A DNA stretch of 64,000 bases from Octopus vulgaris (Eukaryota), in assembly GCA_951406725.2 (NCBI GenBank), contig OX597835.1, positions 17,670,001 to 17,734,000 on the forward strand, read 5' to 3'. This document shows, one piece after another, positions 1 to 11,750 of the stretch (position 1 is its first letter; each line of letters opens with the position of its first letter). A program made the position numbers and the translations under genes. The notes below the pieces were generated by a model. The model saw only the letters and a program-made list of their open reading frames with translations, made no database searches and had not been told where the DNA came from.

Positions 1-15
1 CATGTATGTACGTGC

Positions 16-47
<32 letters not shown>

Positions 48-490
48 GTATATACTTACATACAAGCACACCCACTTATATATATATATATATACACATA
101 TATGGATATATACATATATACCCATCCATCTCTCTATTTATCTATGTGTCTCTCCATCTCTCTCTATTATCTATCTATGTTTCTTTCTCTCTTTCTAACC
201 AGCCATTTAACCACCATCCATCCCTCCATTCCCCCATCCTCACATACATACGTATGTATTTATTTACATATGTATATATATATATATATATATACAGACA
301 TATATATGTACAGATATATATATATATATATATAATATATATATATATAAACTTATGGATGCACATGTGCATACAAATCTATAAAAGTATACGCCCACAC
401 ACACACAGACACACACGCACTCACATACACAGACACACACACACACACACGCACACACACACACCACACTCACACGTGGTCATGCTCACA
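1..490. repeat. Compound (TA)n/(CA)n microsatellite
   Basis: Direct reading; explains the YI/HT-rich ORFs. Confidence 0.95.
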
Positions 491-803
491 CACTCATGTC
501 TAGGCATTCATCATTTTTGAACTTTATTCTCAATACGGTGATTAACTCTTGTCACTCCCTACAAAAAGAAATAAAGACGTTACTTGTATTCATCGTATCT
601 CTATAGATAATCATTAATTTCTTTTCTCATTCAGACCATCCCTACGTTGACAATTTCTCCAAACATGACACTCCCTCCCAGTTTACTTAAGAATCACCTT
701 CAAATACGATAGTTTAATATTATCTCCTAACCGGATCTAATTGCTACATTATTCCAGGTCTAGCTTTGTCGGAAGCCATTTAGGGAACCTTCAAATGTGA
801 TAC

Positions 804-1538
804 CTATTTCTTTACTACCCACAAGGGGCTAAACACAGAGAGGACAAACTGGTACTTATTTAATTGACCCCGAAAGGATGAAAGGCAAAGTCCACCTCGG
901 CGGAATTTGAACTCAGAACGTAGCGGCAGACGAAATACCTATTTTTTTACTACCCACAAGATGCTAAACACAGAGAGGACAAACAAGGACAGACAAACGG
1001 ATCAATTCAATTACATCAACCCCAATGCGCAACTGGTTCTTAATTTATCGACCCCGAAAGGATGAAAGGCAAAGTCCACCTCGGCGGAATTTGAACTCAG
1101 AACGTAGCGGCAGACGAAATACCTATTTTTTTTACTACCCACAAGGTGCTAAACACAGAAGGGACAAACAAGGCCAGACAAACGGATCAATTCGATTACA
1201 TCGACCCCAGTGCGCAACTGGTCCTTAATTTATCGACCCCGAAAGGATGAAAGGCTAATCGACCTCGGAGGAATTTGAACTCAGAACGTAACAGCAGACG
1301 AAATACCTATTTTTTTACTACCCACAAGGTGCTAAACACAGAGAGGACAAACAAGGACAGACAAACGGATCAATTCGATTACATCGACCCCAGTGCGCAA
1401 CTGGTCCTTAATTTATCGACCCCGAAAGGATGAAAGGCTAATCGACCTCGGAGGAATTTGAACTCAGAACGTAACAGCAGACGAAATACGGCTACACATT
1501 TCGCCCGGCGTGCTAACATTTCTGCCAGCTCGCCGCCT
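804..1538 (-). mobile_element. tRNA-derived SINE family A (Meta-domain-like), one head plus four tandem ~184-bp bodies
   Basis: Minus strand: GGCGGCGAGCTGGCAGAA head, B box GAGTTCAAATTCC, central GAGGTCGA..GCCTTTCATCCTTTCGGGGTCGATAAATTAAG; GAAATAC anchors at 932, 1116, 1300, 1483; degenerate TSD ccttcaaatgtgatacct / ccttaaatatgacacct. Confidence 0.9.
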
Positions 1539-1620
1539 TAAATATGACACCTCTCATCGCTCAACACCCACTCTTTTTGCAAAATTTCGCCTGATAGAAA
1601 ACATTGCCAATCTAATCATA

Positions 1621-2030
1621 GGAGTGGCTGTGTGGTAAGTAGCTTGCTAACCAACCTCATGGTTCCGGGTTCAGTCCCACTGCGTGGCATCTTGGGCAAG
1701 TGTCTTCTGCTATAGCCCCGGGCCGACCAATGCCTTGTGAGTGGATTTGGTAGACGGAAACTGAAAGAAGCCTGTCGTATATATGTGTATATATATATAT
1801 ATATATGTGTGTGTTTGTGTGTCTGTATTTGTCCCCCTAGCATCGCTTGACAACCGATGCTTGTGTGTTTACCTCCCCGTCACTTAGCGGTTCGGCAAAA
1901 AGAGACCGATAGAATAAGTACTGGGCTTACAAAGAATAAGTCCCGGGGTCGAGTTGCTCGACTAAAGGCGGTGCTCCAGCATGGCCGCAGTCAAATGACT
2001 GAAACAAGTAAAAGAGTAAAGAGTAAAGAG
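1621..2030 (+). mobile_element. tRNA-derived SINE family B (CORE-like), full length
   Basis: A box TGGCTGTGTGG, B box GGTTCAGTCCC, CTTGGGCAAGT CORE-like motif, internal (TA)(TG) tract, GTAAAAGA-type tail; near-identical to 42166-42570. Confidence 0.9.
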
Positions 2031-2368
2031 TAATCATGTCCATACTATCTTTCATCCAGCCACAGTGCACCTTAACTCGCATTAGAGCCTGTGCGGTGCC
2101 CATCGTACATAAGACGGTGGCGGTTATAATTTGATTCAGTATCAGTTTCGATTTAGCTGTTATTTCTAGCAATGTCAGTGGATCGACCGATTAGATAAGG
2201 GGAGTTTGTCTCATTGTTGATGTAGCTAGTTAACTGAAATTGGCCTTAGTATTGCTTATATGAACTCTTACACATATTTTTGACAACCGGAAGCCCTTTC
2301 TAACACTTAGATATTTAGACATGTCAATATGTCAAATTGAGTCAGCAAAGGCAGACACAAAAATAAGA

Positions 2369-2424
2369 GAATAATAATAATAATAACAATGATAATAATA
2401 ATAATAATATTAATAATAATAATA

Positions 2425-2462
<38 letters not shown>
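2369..2462. repeat. (AAT)n microsatellite
   Basis: Direct reading. Confidence 0.95.
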
Positions 2463-2464
<2 letters not shown>

Positions 2465-2934
2465 TACAAAAACATAAATAAATAATATAAAAAAATATCG
2501 AGAAAGAGAAAAGTAAATATTTACATTCTGACGACTTAACAATGACAGTGATTTTCACTAAAAATGGCGACAGAGTTTATTCAGTAATTTTATTTGTTTA
2601 TTCATTTATAGTTTCTTTTCTTCTATATGTGAACTATAGCGTCGTTTCTCTCAAATTGTTTCCACTCAGTCTATACTGACGACAATTAAACTGTAATTTT
2701 AACGGTCGCAGTGATATAGAAGTTTGCATCCAACCACTGGCAGTGTTTCGTTCGTAAAGCGCCGATTTGTTTCTTTCTACAGATTTTGAAATGGCTAAGT
2801 AAAAAAAAGAGTTGGTATATAACTTGGAATTTTTTCATGTGCGCTAACGATTCTGCTAATCCTGTCTACCAGGATATTAATGAATATTAATGAAAATCCT
2901 GTCTGAGGATTTTGTGGTAAGGAACTAATCTTTT

Positions 2935-3398
2935 ACCTCGATCTCAGTTCTCAACTGGCACTTGTGTCCTCAAAAATTAAAGCATTATATTCAAAGTGTA
3001 CCTCGGCGGAATTCGAACACGGAACGTTAAAATAGACAATAAACTACTAAGCAATCTGCTCGATGTACTAACGATTCTGCCAGCTCGCCTTCATAATATG
3101 AACATATAAAATAATGATTTCAAGTTTTGGCTCAAGGCCAGCATCTTTGAAGAAAGCGTGTAAACTGATTGCAACAACCCAGGACTCATCTTGGTACTCA
3201 TTCTATTGACCCCGAAATTCTCTCGGCGGGAATTTGAACTCAGAACGTGTAAAAACGGACGATATGCCGCTAAGCAGTTTTCCCGGCATGCTATCAAAAA
3301 GTGGACCCCGGCAGGAATTTGAACTCAGAACATAAAAACGGACATACCGCTAAGCATTTTTCCCGGCATGCTAACAATTTTCTCAGCTCGGTTCCTTA
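2935..3398 (-). mobile_element. Cluster of degraded family A SINE copies
   Basis: Three occurrences of ggaatt(t/c)gaac...gaac followed by ctaagca...ctaac segments. Confidence 0.75.
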
Positions 3399-3740
3399 AC
3401 ATACACATACAAGATAATAAAATGTGATTTGGGAGAGATTTGGTTGCTATTTCTAGCAGGACAAACTGCTTTGTGCATATTTCGTTAAACAAGAAAATAA
3501 AGGTACGCCGGGAATTCCTGCACTGTGTCCGTATTATTTGTTTGTGGGCTTAGAACTGAAGGTCGGTATTGATTAATAGGTAAATGACTGGACAAAGGAA
3601 ACACACGGATCATATTTATATAGGTGTTTGGGGTTGGGAATTATATTTACTGAACGTTGTTATATTGTTTTTTTACTTTTGTTGTATGTTTCCCTTGTTT
3701 AACTGTTGATTTGTCTGTCGATGTCTTTATCTCCTTGCAG

Positions 3741-3807
3741 AAGACGTCACTAAGTGCATGGGAAGATCTCTTTACGTCAACCTGGAATTTACACAGCGGT
3801 TAACACG
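3741..3807 (+). CDS. Candidate internal exon of an unidentified host gene (xDVTKCMGRSLYVNLEFTQRLT)
   Basis: Long pyrimidine tract ending ctccttgcag, non-repetitive open frame, donor CG|gtaacc; phase-compatible with 4888-4939; no homology recognised. Confidence 0.33.
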
Positions 3808-4279
3808 GTAACCAGGTCGTGCATGCAAACACTCACACACACACTCACGTATAAACGTACAGATATACACATACAGACGCATACCAAACTCTACAGCGTC
3901 ACAGGACACACACACACATGTGTCAGTGTAAGTATATATACACACGCGCACGCTCACACACACACACACACACACTCACACACACACGTAGCTAACAAAT
4001 TTGTTTAGGTATAAGCACAGAGATACACACAATATACAAACGTATATATGAAGAAATCACACCATATATATATATATAAGCAAAATGCCCCCCCCCCACG
4101 TTCATTGGACGGTGCTGAGTTGTCAAACATTTAAACCAAATTTTCTCAAAACAACTTGTCCGACCGTCTCATAGGCCTCCCCTTTGAGAAACACTGATTT
4201 AACCTAAATTTGAGACACCAGCAAAAGAAGAAATAAAGATAGACTTTTTTCTATTCCAAAAGTAAAACGATTTTATTTA

Positions 4280-4630
4280 CACAAATATGCAACCGAAGTG
4301 TTTCAAGTACCAGTAATGATGAGGCTGTTGACTGGGAGAACACAAACATGGTTTAACCAGAAAGCTTGGCAGGAAAGAAACGTGCCTTTAAGCAGTACAA
4401 AAACAACAAAAAATGGAAGGTGCAGTTATGTACAGGTTGACGGAAGAAAAGCAGGACAAAAACGGTTTTATCGATCGCATTCTAACATGGAATCGATTTT
4501 TGCAATTTTTCAAGACTTATACACACCCTGATACCGTCGGTATCTACATATCAAATTTGAGTGCAATCGGATGGAGGATGCCCAAGATCCTAGAAAACAC
4601 AGACAGACAGAACGGATTTTATATAATAGA
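4280..4630 (-). mobile_element. Non-autonomous Helitron/DINE-like element, 5' end
   Basis: Minus strand begins A|TCTATTATATAAAATCCGTTCTGTCTGTCTGTG and contains CCGATTGCACTCAAATTTG, typical of such 5' ends; left boundary uncertain. Confidence 0.55.
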
Positions 4631-4887
4631 TAACTAGATTCATGTACGCACACACACAGACACGCACACACACACATGCATCACATGTATATATATATAT
4701 ATATATATGTAGATGTATAGGTAATGATTTTATACTCGGGTATATAACGCATGCATCGCATTCTAGATGTGAAGCACATCACATCTGCTTAAGCGGATCG
4801 TTATGGAAATAAAAGAATCAGCGAATTAAAAACTGTTTGTATTTATACATACCACTGCTTAGTGCTGTCATCCCGTTTTAATTACAG

Positions 4888-4939
4888 TGACTCGCCGAGT
4901 AATGCTGCCAGTCATTTTACGAAGACGGGAATATTATAA
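4888..4939 (+). CDS. Candidate terminal coding exon (R)DSPSNAASHFTKTGIL*
   Basis: Acceptor tcccgttttaattacag; CG+T completes an Arg codon with the upstream exon; TAA at 4937-4939 followed by unique UTR-like sequence. Confidence 0.3.
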
Positions 4940-5267
4940 CAGAGGTGTGGTCTCTCGTTGTAGCTCCGTTATCTGTTGCAGAAGAGGGGATAATTACTCC
5001 GAAATACATGCCTCTAACCGTCAGAGAATGCATGCTAAGAAAGCGGTAATCATGAGGCTTTGCGCAAATATTTTCGTACGATTCTTTACGTTGTGACGCT
5101 GTGACTCGAAATATAAACGGGTGTTCGTTTGTGTCGTAATTATATGAAACGCAGAAGTAGGTGAAATGCTAGAGTTGCTTTTGCTAAGTTTAGGGTATAA
5201 AATTCAACTTAACGTGGATTATTAAAAATGAAATTATATACTAATCTTTCTGCTTGAAATTCTACTT

Positions 5268-5512
5268 CCATATCCAGAGTAAAATCGTTTTTTCTCTCTC
5301 TTTAACGTGAATTGTTTTGGTTTTTTTTCTTTAACGTGAAATCACCTTTTTTTCCTTTAGCGTGAAATCGTGTTTTTCTTCTTTAACGTAAAATCGTTTT
5401 TTTCTTCTTTAACGTAACGTGAAATTGTTTTTATATTTTTCATGAACATGAAATCGTTTTTTTCTTTCATTAACTAACGTGAAATCATTCTGTTTTTTCT
5501 TTCTTTAACGTT
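5268..5512. repeat. ~30-bp minisatellite, consensus TTTAACGTGAAATCGTTTTTTTTCT, about 8 units
   Basis: Recurrent aacgtgaaatcg units separated by T-rich spacers. Confidence 0.85.
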
Positions 5513-5879
5513 AGGTGAGGCCGCTAACTGATTCGGTGCATTTACAGCCATTTGTCAACAGCGAGAAATGTTCTCCATAACAAAACAGTGAATGCCCTTT
5601 TTACGGGGTTCGAATATACCTCAAATATATTTGACCGGGCAACAATTTTCTGTGTATACACACACACACACACACACACACACTCATACACAGAAACACA
5701 AACACACATATGTGTGTGTGTGTGCATACACATATGTACATATTCATATATGTTGCTTATTTAGTGGCCTGAGGAGTTGGTAGATATGTAACATATTACG
5801 TAATCTAATCAACTATATTATTCCAATCCCACAATAAAGACTCTTAATGAAGCAAATGGAGATAACTCATTCGTCTGTT

Positions 5880-6094
5880 TATATACATACATACGTGCAC
5901 TCACCCACGAATACATATATGCATACACACATAAATGTATACACACACATATATGTAATATACACACACACACATATATATACACAGACATACATACACA
6001 CAAATACATGTATATATAGATGCATATATATTTATGTTTATATATGTGAAAGTATGTATGTATATATATGTGTATATATGTATACATACGGCTT

Positions 6095-6130
<36 letters not shown>

Positions 6131-6193
6131 ATATATTCATACGTGTATGTATATACACAATATATATATACACATACATATGTATTATGAAAA

Positions 6194-6251
<58 letters not shown>

Positions 6252-7415
6252 GTATATATACACATAAATACACATGTATATATATATATATATATATATA
6301 CATACACATGTATATGTGTGTGTGTTTGTGTGTGAACACACGGGTACATGAGTAAATATCTTTTTGTATATATGCACACACACAGACACAGTATGTGTAC
6401 AGTCACATACACACACACACACACACGCACACACATACAAGCACACATAGTGGTGTTATCTGAAAGTCCATCTACAGGCCTCAGTCGTGTCCGAAATCTC
6501 TGTGAAACCGACCATCACATCTGGACAACTAGTTTAATGTCCGACAAATGATAATACTTCACTCCATCATTCTCCTTTGATCAACTATTTTCTCTGCCGC
6601 TTTATTTCCGGTTTCACTGCCATCTTTTCCACACTTATGTGCGCATGTGTACAAGTGTAAGTGTGTGCCTGTGTGTGAGTGTATATCGTGTGTGTGTTAG
6701 TATAAGCGAATGTTTGTTGATGTGTGTCTTTATGTGTAAATCTGTGTGTGTGTGTGTCTGTGTCCGTATGTGTGCGTTAATGTATGTGTATATTAGTGTA
6801 TGGGTCTGTGCCTGTGTTGTATGTATGTGTTTGCGTGTGCCTGTGTTCTTATATATGTGTGTTTACGTCTGAGTGTATGTGTGTATGCGTTAGCCTATGT
6901 GTGTTTGTGTCTGACTGTATGTGTGTATGTCTTAGAGCGTTAATGCGAGTGTGTAAGAACGTGTGTGTGTGTGCGTGTGTGTTAGTGTGTGTATGTGCAT
7001 GAGTTAGTTTGTGTGTTAATGTGTTTGCGTTCGTGTCTGTGTGTTTGTGTTAATGTGTGTATTCGTTGTGTGTGGTACTGAGTGTGTGTGAATGTGTGTG
7101 ATAAATTATATTAGTGGGTACATTAATTATATCAGTGTGTGTGTGTGTATGTGTCTCTCAGTTTGTGGGAGCGTGTGTATGTGTGCGTATCTTAGTGTGT
7201 GAATGTGTGTCTGTATTAGCGTATGCATTAATATGCATCTATATGTTATTGTGTGTGTGTGTGTATTAATCTATTTCTTTTAGTTGTGTGTATGTATGTG
7301 TTACTGTATATGTGTGTAGTCTATAGTAACCAGTGTGTTTGCGTGTATGTGTGTGTGTATGTATGTCTGTTAATGTGTGTGCGGGCACTAGTGTATTAGC
7401 TGCATATGTGGCGGA

Positions 7416-7456
<41 letters not shown>

Positions 7457-7475
7457 CAGTAGCAGCAGCAGCAGC

Positions 7476-7571
<96 letters not shown>
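5880..7571. repeat. Compound (TA/CA)n, degenerate (TG)n and (GTA)n low-complexity tract
   Basis: Direct reading; short unique island at ~6450-6635. Confidence 0.9.
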
Positions 7572-7572
<1 letters not shown>

Positions 7573-7589
7573 CGCCTGTGTGGTTATTC

Positions 7590-8012
7590 TTTTATTCTCT
7601 TACTTGTTTCAGTCATTTTCACTGTGCCCATGCTGGAGCACCACCTTTTTTTTTTAGTCGAACAAATCGACCCAAGGACTTATTCTTTGTAAGCCTAGCA
7701 CACATTCTAGCGGTCATTTTTGCCGAACCGCTAAGTTACGGGGGACGTAAACACACCAGCATTGGTTGTCCAGCGATGGTGGGGGCATAGACACAGACAC
7801 AAACACACGCAAACACATATACATACATGCACATGCACACACACACACACACACACATACACACACACACACTCACACACACACACAAATACATATATAT
7901 ATATATACGATGGGCTTCTTTCAGTTTCCGTCTACCAAGTCCACTCACAAAGTTTTGGTCGGCCCTAGGCTATATCAGAAGACGTCCAAGGTGCCAAGCA
8001 GTGGGACTGAAT
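7590..8012 (-). mobile_element. Family B SINE, head-degraded
   Basis: Reverse complement of the tail, catgctggagcacc, gccgaaccgctaag, cttctttcagtttccgtctacca. Confidence 0.85.
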
Positions 8013-8028
8013 CTGGATATTAATAATA

Positions 8029-8067
<39 letters not shown>

Positions 8068-8709
8068 ATGACTGTATTAATAGTATGTGAATGTATTTCT
8101 GTATACACTAGTATGTGTGTGCATATGCATGAGCTTGTATGTGTGTCAGTGCGTTAGTATTATAAGCGTGTGTGTATGAGTATATGTATGCGCGTGTTTG
8201 TATGTATATGAGTATGTATATGTGTTTACATGTGTGTATATGTGTGTATGTGTGTGTCTGTATGTGTGAATGTATGCTTCTGTGAAAGTGTGTGTATGTA
8301 CATGTGTGCGTGCATGTGTACGTATGTATGTGTATTTGTTTGTTCATGCATATGTGTATATGTGTGTGCCTGTGCTTATGCATGTATGTGCATGTGTGTG
8401 CATATATATATGTATGTGCGAGTGTATGTGTGTGTGTGCGTGCGTGTATGTGTATTTGTGTGTTTGTATGCATATGTGCCATCGCGTATGTATGTGTGTG
8501 TGCGCGTGCGTGTGACATAGATTTGTCTCTGTCACATGTCCATACAAGTCTCGTCCGCATCGTCGCGTATAAAACCGGTTGCTAAATGATATCATTAACC
8601 TTAGCCTGGCGAACAATTTGCTTCATTAGATTTAATTAGTGAGGAAAAACAATTTGTATATAAGAATAAATGATGAAATGAATATGACGGTACAAAAATA
8701 ATAATTAAA

Positions 8710-8743
<34 letters not shown>

Positions 8744-8771
8744 AGTTGAGGTCATCATAGTTTATTAGTAA

Positions 8772-9296
8772 CACCACCATCATGGTGGTCATCATCACCA
8801 TGAACATCATCAACATCATCATCATAGTAATTATTATCGTCACCATGGACACACAGCATCCACACCACCACTACCAACTTCACCACCACCACCGCCATCA
8901 CGACCACCATCACCATCACCATCACAACCACCCAAAACACAGACACAAACACCACCACCACCAACAACAACACTACCACCACTCCTATGACTACCACCAC
9001 AACCACCACTACCATCACCACCACCACCATCATCACTACCATCACCATTAGTATCACCACTACCATGACTACCACCGCTACGATCACCACCACTGCCAAC
9101 ACTACCACCTCTACCATCATTATTAGTATCATCACTACCACCACTACCAACACTTCAACCACCACCACCATCACCTCTACCATTATCATTGGAATCACCA
9201 CTACCACCACTACTACCAGTACAATCACTACCACCTCTACCATCTCCACCACTACCATCACCACTACCATCACCATTAACACCACCACCACCATTA
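8772..9296. repeat. Degenerate (CAC/CAT/TAC)n tract
   Basis: Direct reading. Confidence 0.9.
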
Positions 9297-9644
9297 CCAG
9301 AGACTCATCTCCTTCCACCGCTGTTGATATGGAAGAACCAACCAAATGAAGTATAAAGATGAGACCTGAGTTTTCTCTCTGGAAGGGTCACAGTTTCGTG
9401 AATTATTTAATAAAACCATCCATTAATTAAGAGTAAGCGGGAAATTAATGAGGATGGCTTGATGACCACCGCAGAAACGTTCTGGTTATCCGCCCGGCGG
9501 GGCAGGAGGTGACGGGCCGATCCTTTAGTGATTAAGTGTGGTTCAACCGTTTTATACATACACATACATTCATGCATATAAGCGCACGTTCACACACAGC
9601 GATACATGTACACACATATACACACGCTCACATTTCGCGCGTTG

Positions 9645-9940
9645 CTGATCACCACCATCATCATCATCATCGACTTCATCATGGAATTCGATATCATCTT
9701 TGACATCCACGCCACCGCCACCGCCGCCACCACCATCACAACCACCACCATCACCATCAACACCACCACCGCCCCCACCAACACCACCACTACTACCATC
9801 ACCGGCACCACCAACACTGCCCCCACCAACACCATCACTACTACCATCACCGCCACCACCAACACCACCACCACCACCACCACCACCAACCACCAACCAC
9901 CAACCCCAAGACGACACCCCACCCCCACCCCCATCACCAA
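9645..9940. repeat. Degenerate (CAC/CAT)n tract
   Basis: Direct reading. Confidence 0.9.
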
Positions 9941-11090
9941 TACCCCCATTTTGCCGAACGAGCATCATAACTATATGCCGAGAAGAACGCTCTGGAGTTT
10001 GGATAATTCACCTCTGGAAACATGGGTGTTTCGTTCAACATCCTTAAACAATCCTTAAACATCATTAAGCATCCCATCTGAGCGGGATGGGGTACTCGAT
10101 CTCAAGAAAATACAGGTCATGTGCTATCTATTTTGATACGAGATCACCATGTCGCACACATATAGTTGTGATGCATGTGCTTGGTGTACTCATATCAGAC
10201 GCGTAGTCAGGATGGATATACTGGACTTCGTATATTTTACCCCAGTGTCACTTTGATGGCATGCACTGTTCTCTCACTCAATAATAATATACTTGTGTGC
10301 ATATGATCGCGTGTTCTTTTATGTTTGTGTATGTATGTGATGAAAATTCCATTATTAACATCCCCGCATGAATAGTGCAAACACATGATATTCTCATGGC
10401 AAATGAACTGCCTTTTTGTTCTTATATCTTCGAAATGTTTACGGTTATTGAAATTCCCCTCAATTATGCCAATTTCCATCTTATTTATTATTCATAATTG
10501 TCATGTGTCTTGTAGATGTTCCTCCACCACCATTTTTTTTTTTTTTTTTTTGGAAAATGAGGCTATCAAATGCAGTAATAAATAAATGTATATATAACAG
10601 AATTACAAATATATTATATACAAAAACGTGACGAAGAGAAATATATTAACAATAAACGTGCTTAAACAAACACGCATATTTTCTGCGACACAAAACGTCT
10701 CATATATTACATATATATATGTAATTTAATTTAAATTGATTTAACATTTCTTATTTATTCTATATCTATAACAATGGAGTGCATCCCAATGTTTGTGCCT
10801 CATGGCTATGTATTTATATATGTATGTATTATGCATGTGTTGCATGTATATATGTATGTTTGTATGTATGTATATATGTATGTATGTATGTATGTATCTA
10901 TCTATCTATCAATTTGTCCGTCAATCTATCTATCTATTTTTCTGTCTGTCTGTCTTTCTGCCTGTCTGTTTGTCTGTCTGTCTGTCTTACCCAGCCCTGA
11001 AAATTTTAGGATTTGTGCTGATGTTTGAAAAGATTCTTATCATTGTTATACAAAATGGATTATATAATTGGTATGTATATATATATATAT

Positions 11091-11255
11091 CGGAATAAAC
11101 ACATAAATGTGAAACAAGGTGGAAAAAAGAGTACTCAAATACCAGTGATAGAGTAATATGCTTTATTTAAAGCAGCAGAAAACTGTCCGATGAACGGCAA
11201 CGGGAAACTCAGAGTAACAGGTTTTGTTGAATTTCCTGCTGTTTTAAATAAAGTA
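11091..11255. mobile_element. Penelope-type non-autonomous terminus with inverted junction, embedded in (TA)n
   Basis: 11091-11165 is the reverse complement of 34375-34451; inverted arms 11161-11181 / 11232-11253 enclose a hammerhead-like motif. Confidence 0.65.
11183..11220 (+). ncRNA. Minimal type-I hammerhead-ribozyme-like motif (U4C core)
   Basis: Stem I CTGT/ACAG; core CCGATGA; weak stem II CG-GCAA-CG; GAAA; stem III CTC-A-GAG; GUA site after 11216. Confidence 0.6.
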
Positions 11256-11283
11256 TATATATATATATATATATATGTATAAA

Positions 11284-11496
11284 GGCGGCGAGCTGGCAGA
11301 AACGTTAGCACGCCGTATTTCGTCTGTTGTTACTTTAGGAGTTCAAATTCCGCTGAGGTCGACTTTGCCTTTCAACCTTTCGGGGTTTATAAATTAAGTA
11401 CCAGTTACGCACTGGGGGCGATATAATCGACTTAATCCGTTTGTCTGTCCTTGTTTGCCCTCTCTGTGTTTAGCCCCCTGTGGGTAATAAAGAAAT
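11284..11496 (+). mobile_element. Family A SINE monomer with small internal deletion
   Basis: Head, B box, Meta-like domain and taataaagaaata end. Confidence 0.9.
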
Positions 11497-11510
11497 ATAT
11501 ATATATATAC

Positions 11511-11589
<79 letters not shown>

Positions 11590-11594
<5 letters not shown>

Positions 11595-11750
11595 ATCCAA
11601 ACAAGAAAGCACAAAAAAAACAACAACGCGAGGACGTGGAACAAATATAGTATTATTGGACGCTCAGGAAAGAAGGAGGGTTTAACGTTTCGAGCAGAGC
11701 TCTTCGTCGGAAACATGGGAGAAGGAAAGATCCAGAGAAGGGAGGACAGA
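11590..11750 (-). mobile_element. Penelope-type non-autonomous terminus in (TA)n
   Basis: 3' part is the reverse complement of 54478-54573; carries a hammerhead-like motif; flanked by (TA)n on both sides. Confidence 0.7.
11680..11714 (-). ncRNA. Minimal type-I hammerhead-ribozyme-like motif (U4C core)
   Basis: Minus strand GTTT-CCGACGA-A-GAGC-TCT-GCTC-GAAA-CG-TT-AAAC: perfect 4-bp stems I and II, palindromic ACGU stem III. Confidence 0.7.

Noticed and set aside
804-1538. CRISPR-like or satellite interpretation of regularly spaced repeats
   Set aside because: Whole units are homologous with no unique spacers; eukaryotic SINE context and no cas genes.
4183-4196. hAT-like terminal repeat tttgagaaacactg
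   Set aside because: No matching opposite terminus or 8-bp TSD found by eye.
8987-9349. Mucin-like Thr-rich ORF
   Set aside because: (CAC/TAC)n tract with overlapping open frames; no splice or signal-peptide context.
9459-9486. TTGATGA...GAAACGTT as a hammerhead
   Set aside because: U3 with G8 is uncompensated and no stems form.
9700-10047. Extensin/formin-like Pro-rich ORF
   Set aside because: (CCA)n microsatellite read in an alternative frame.
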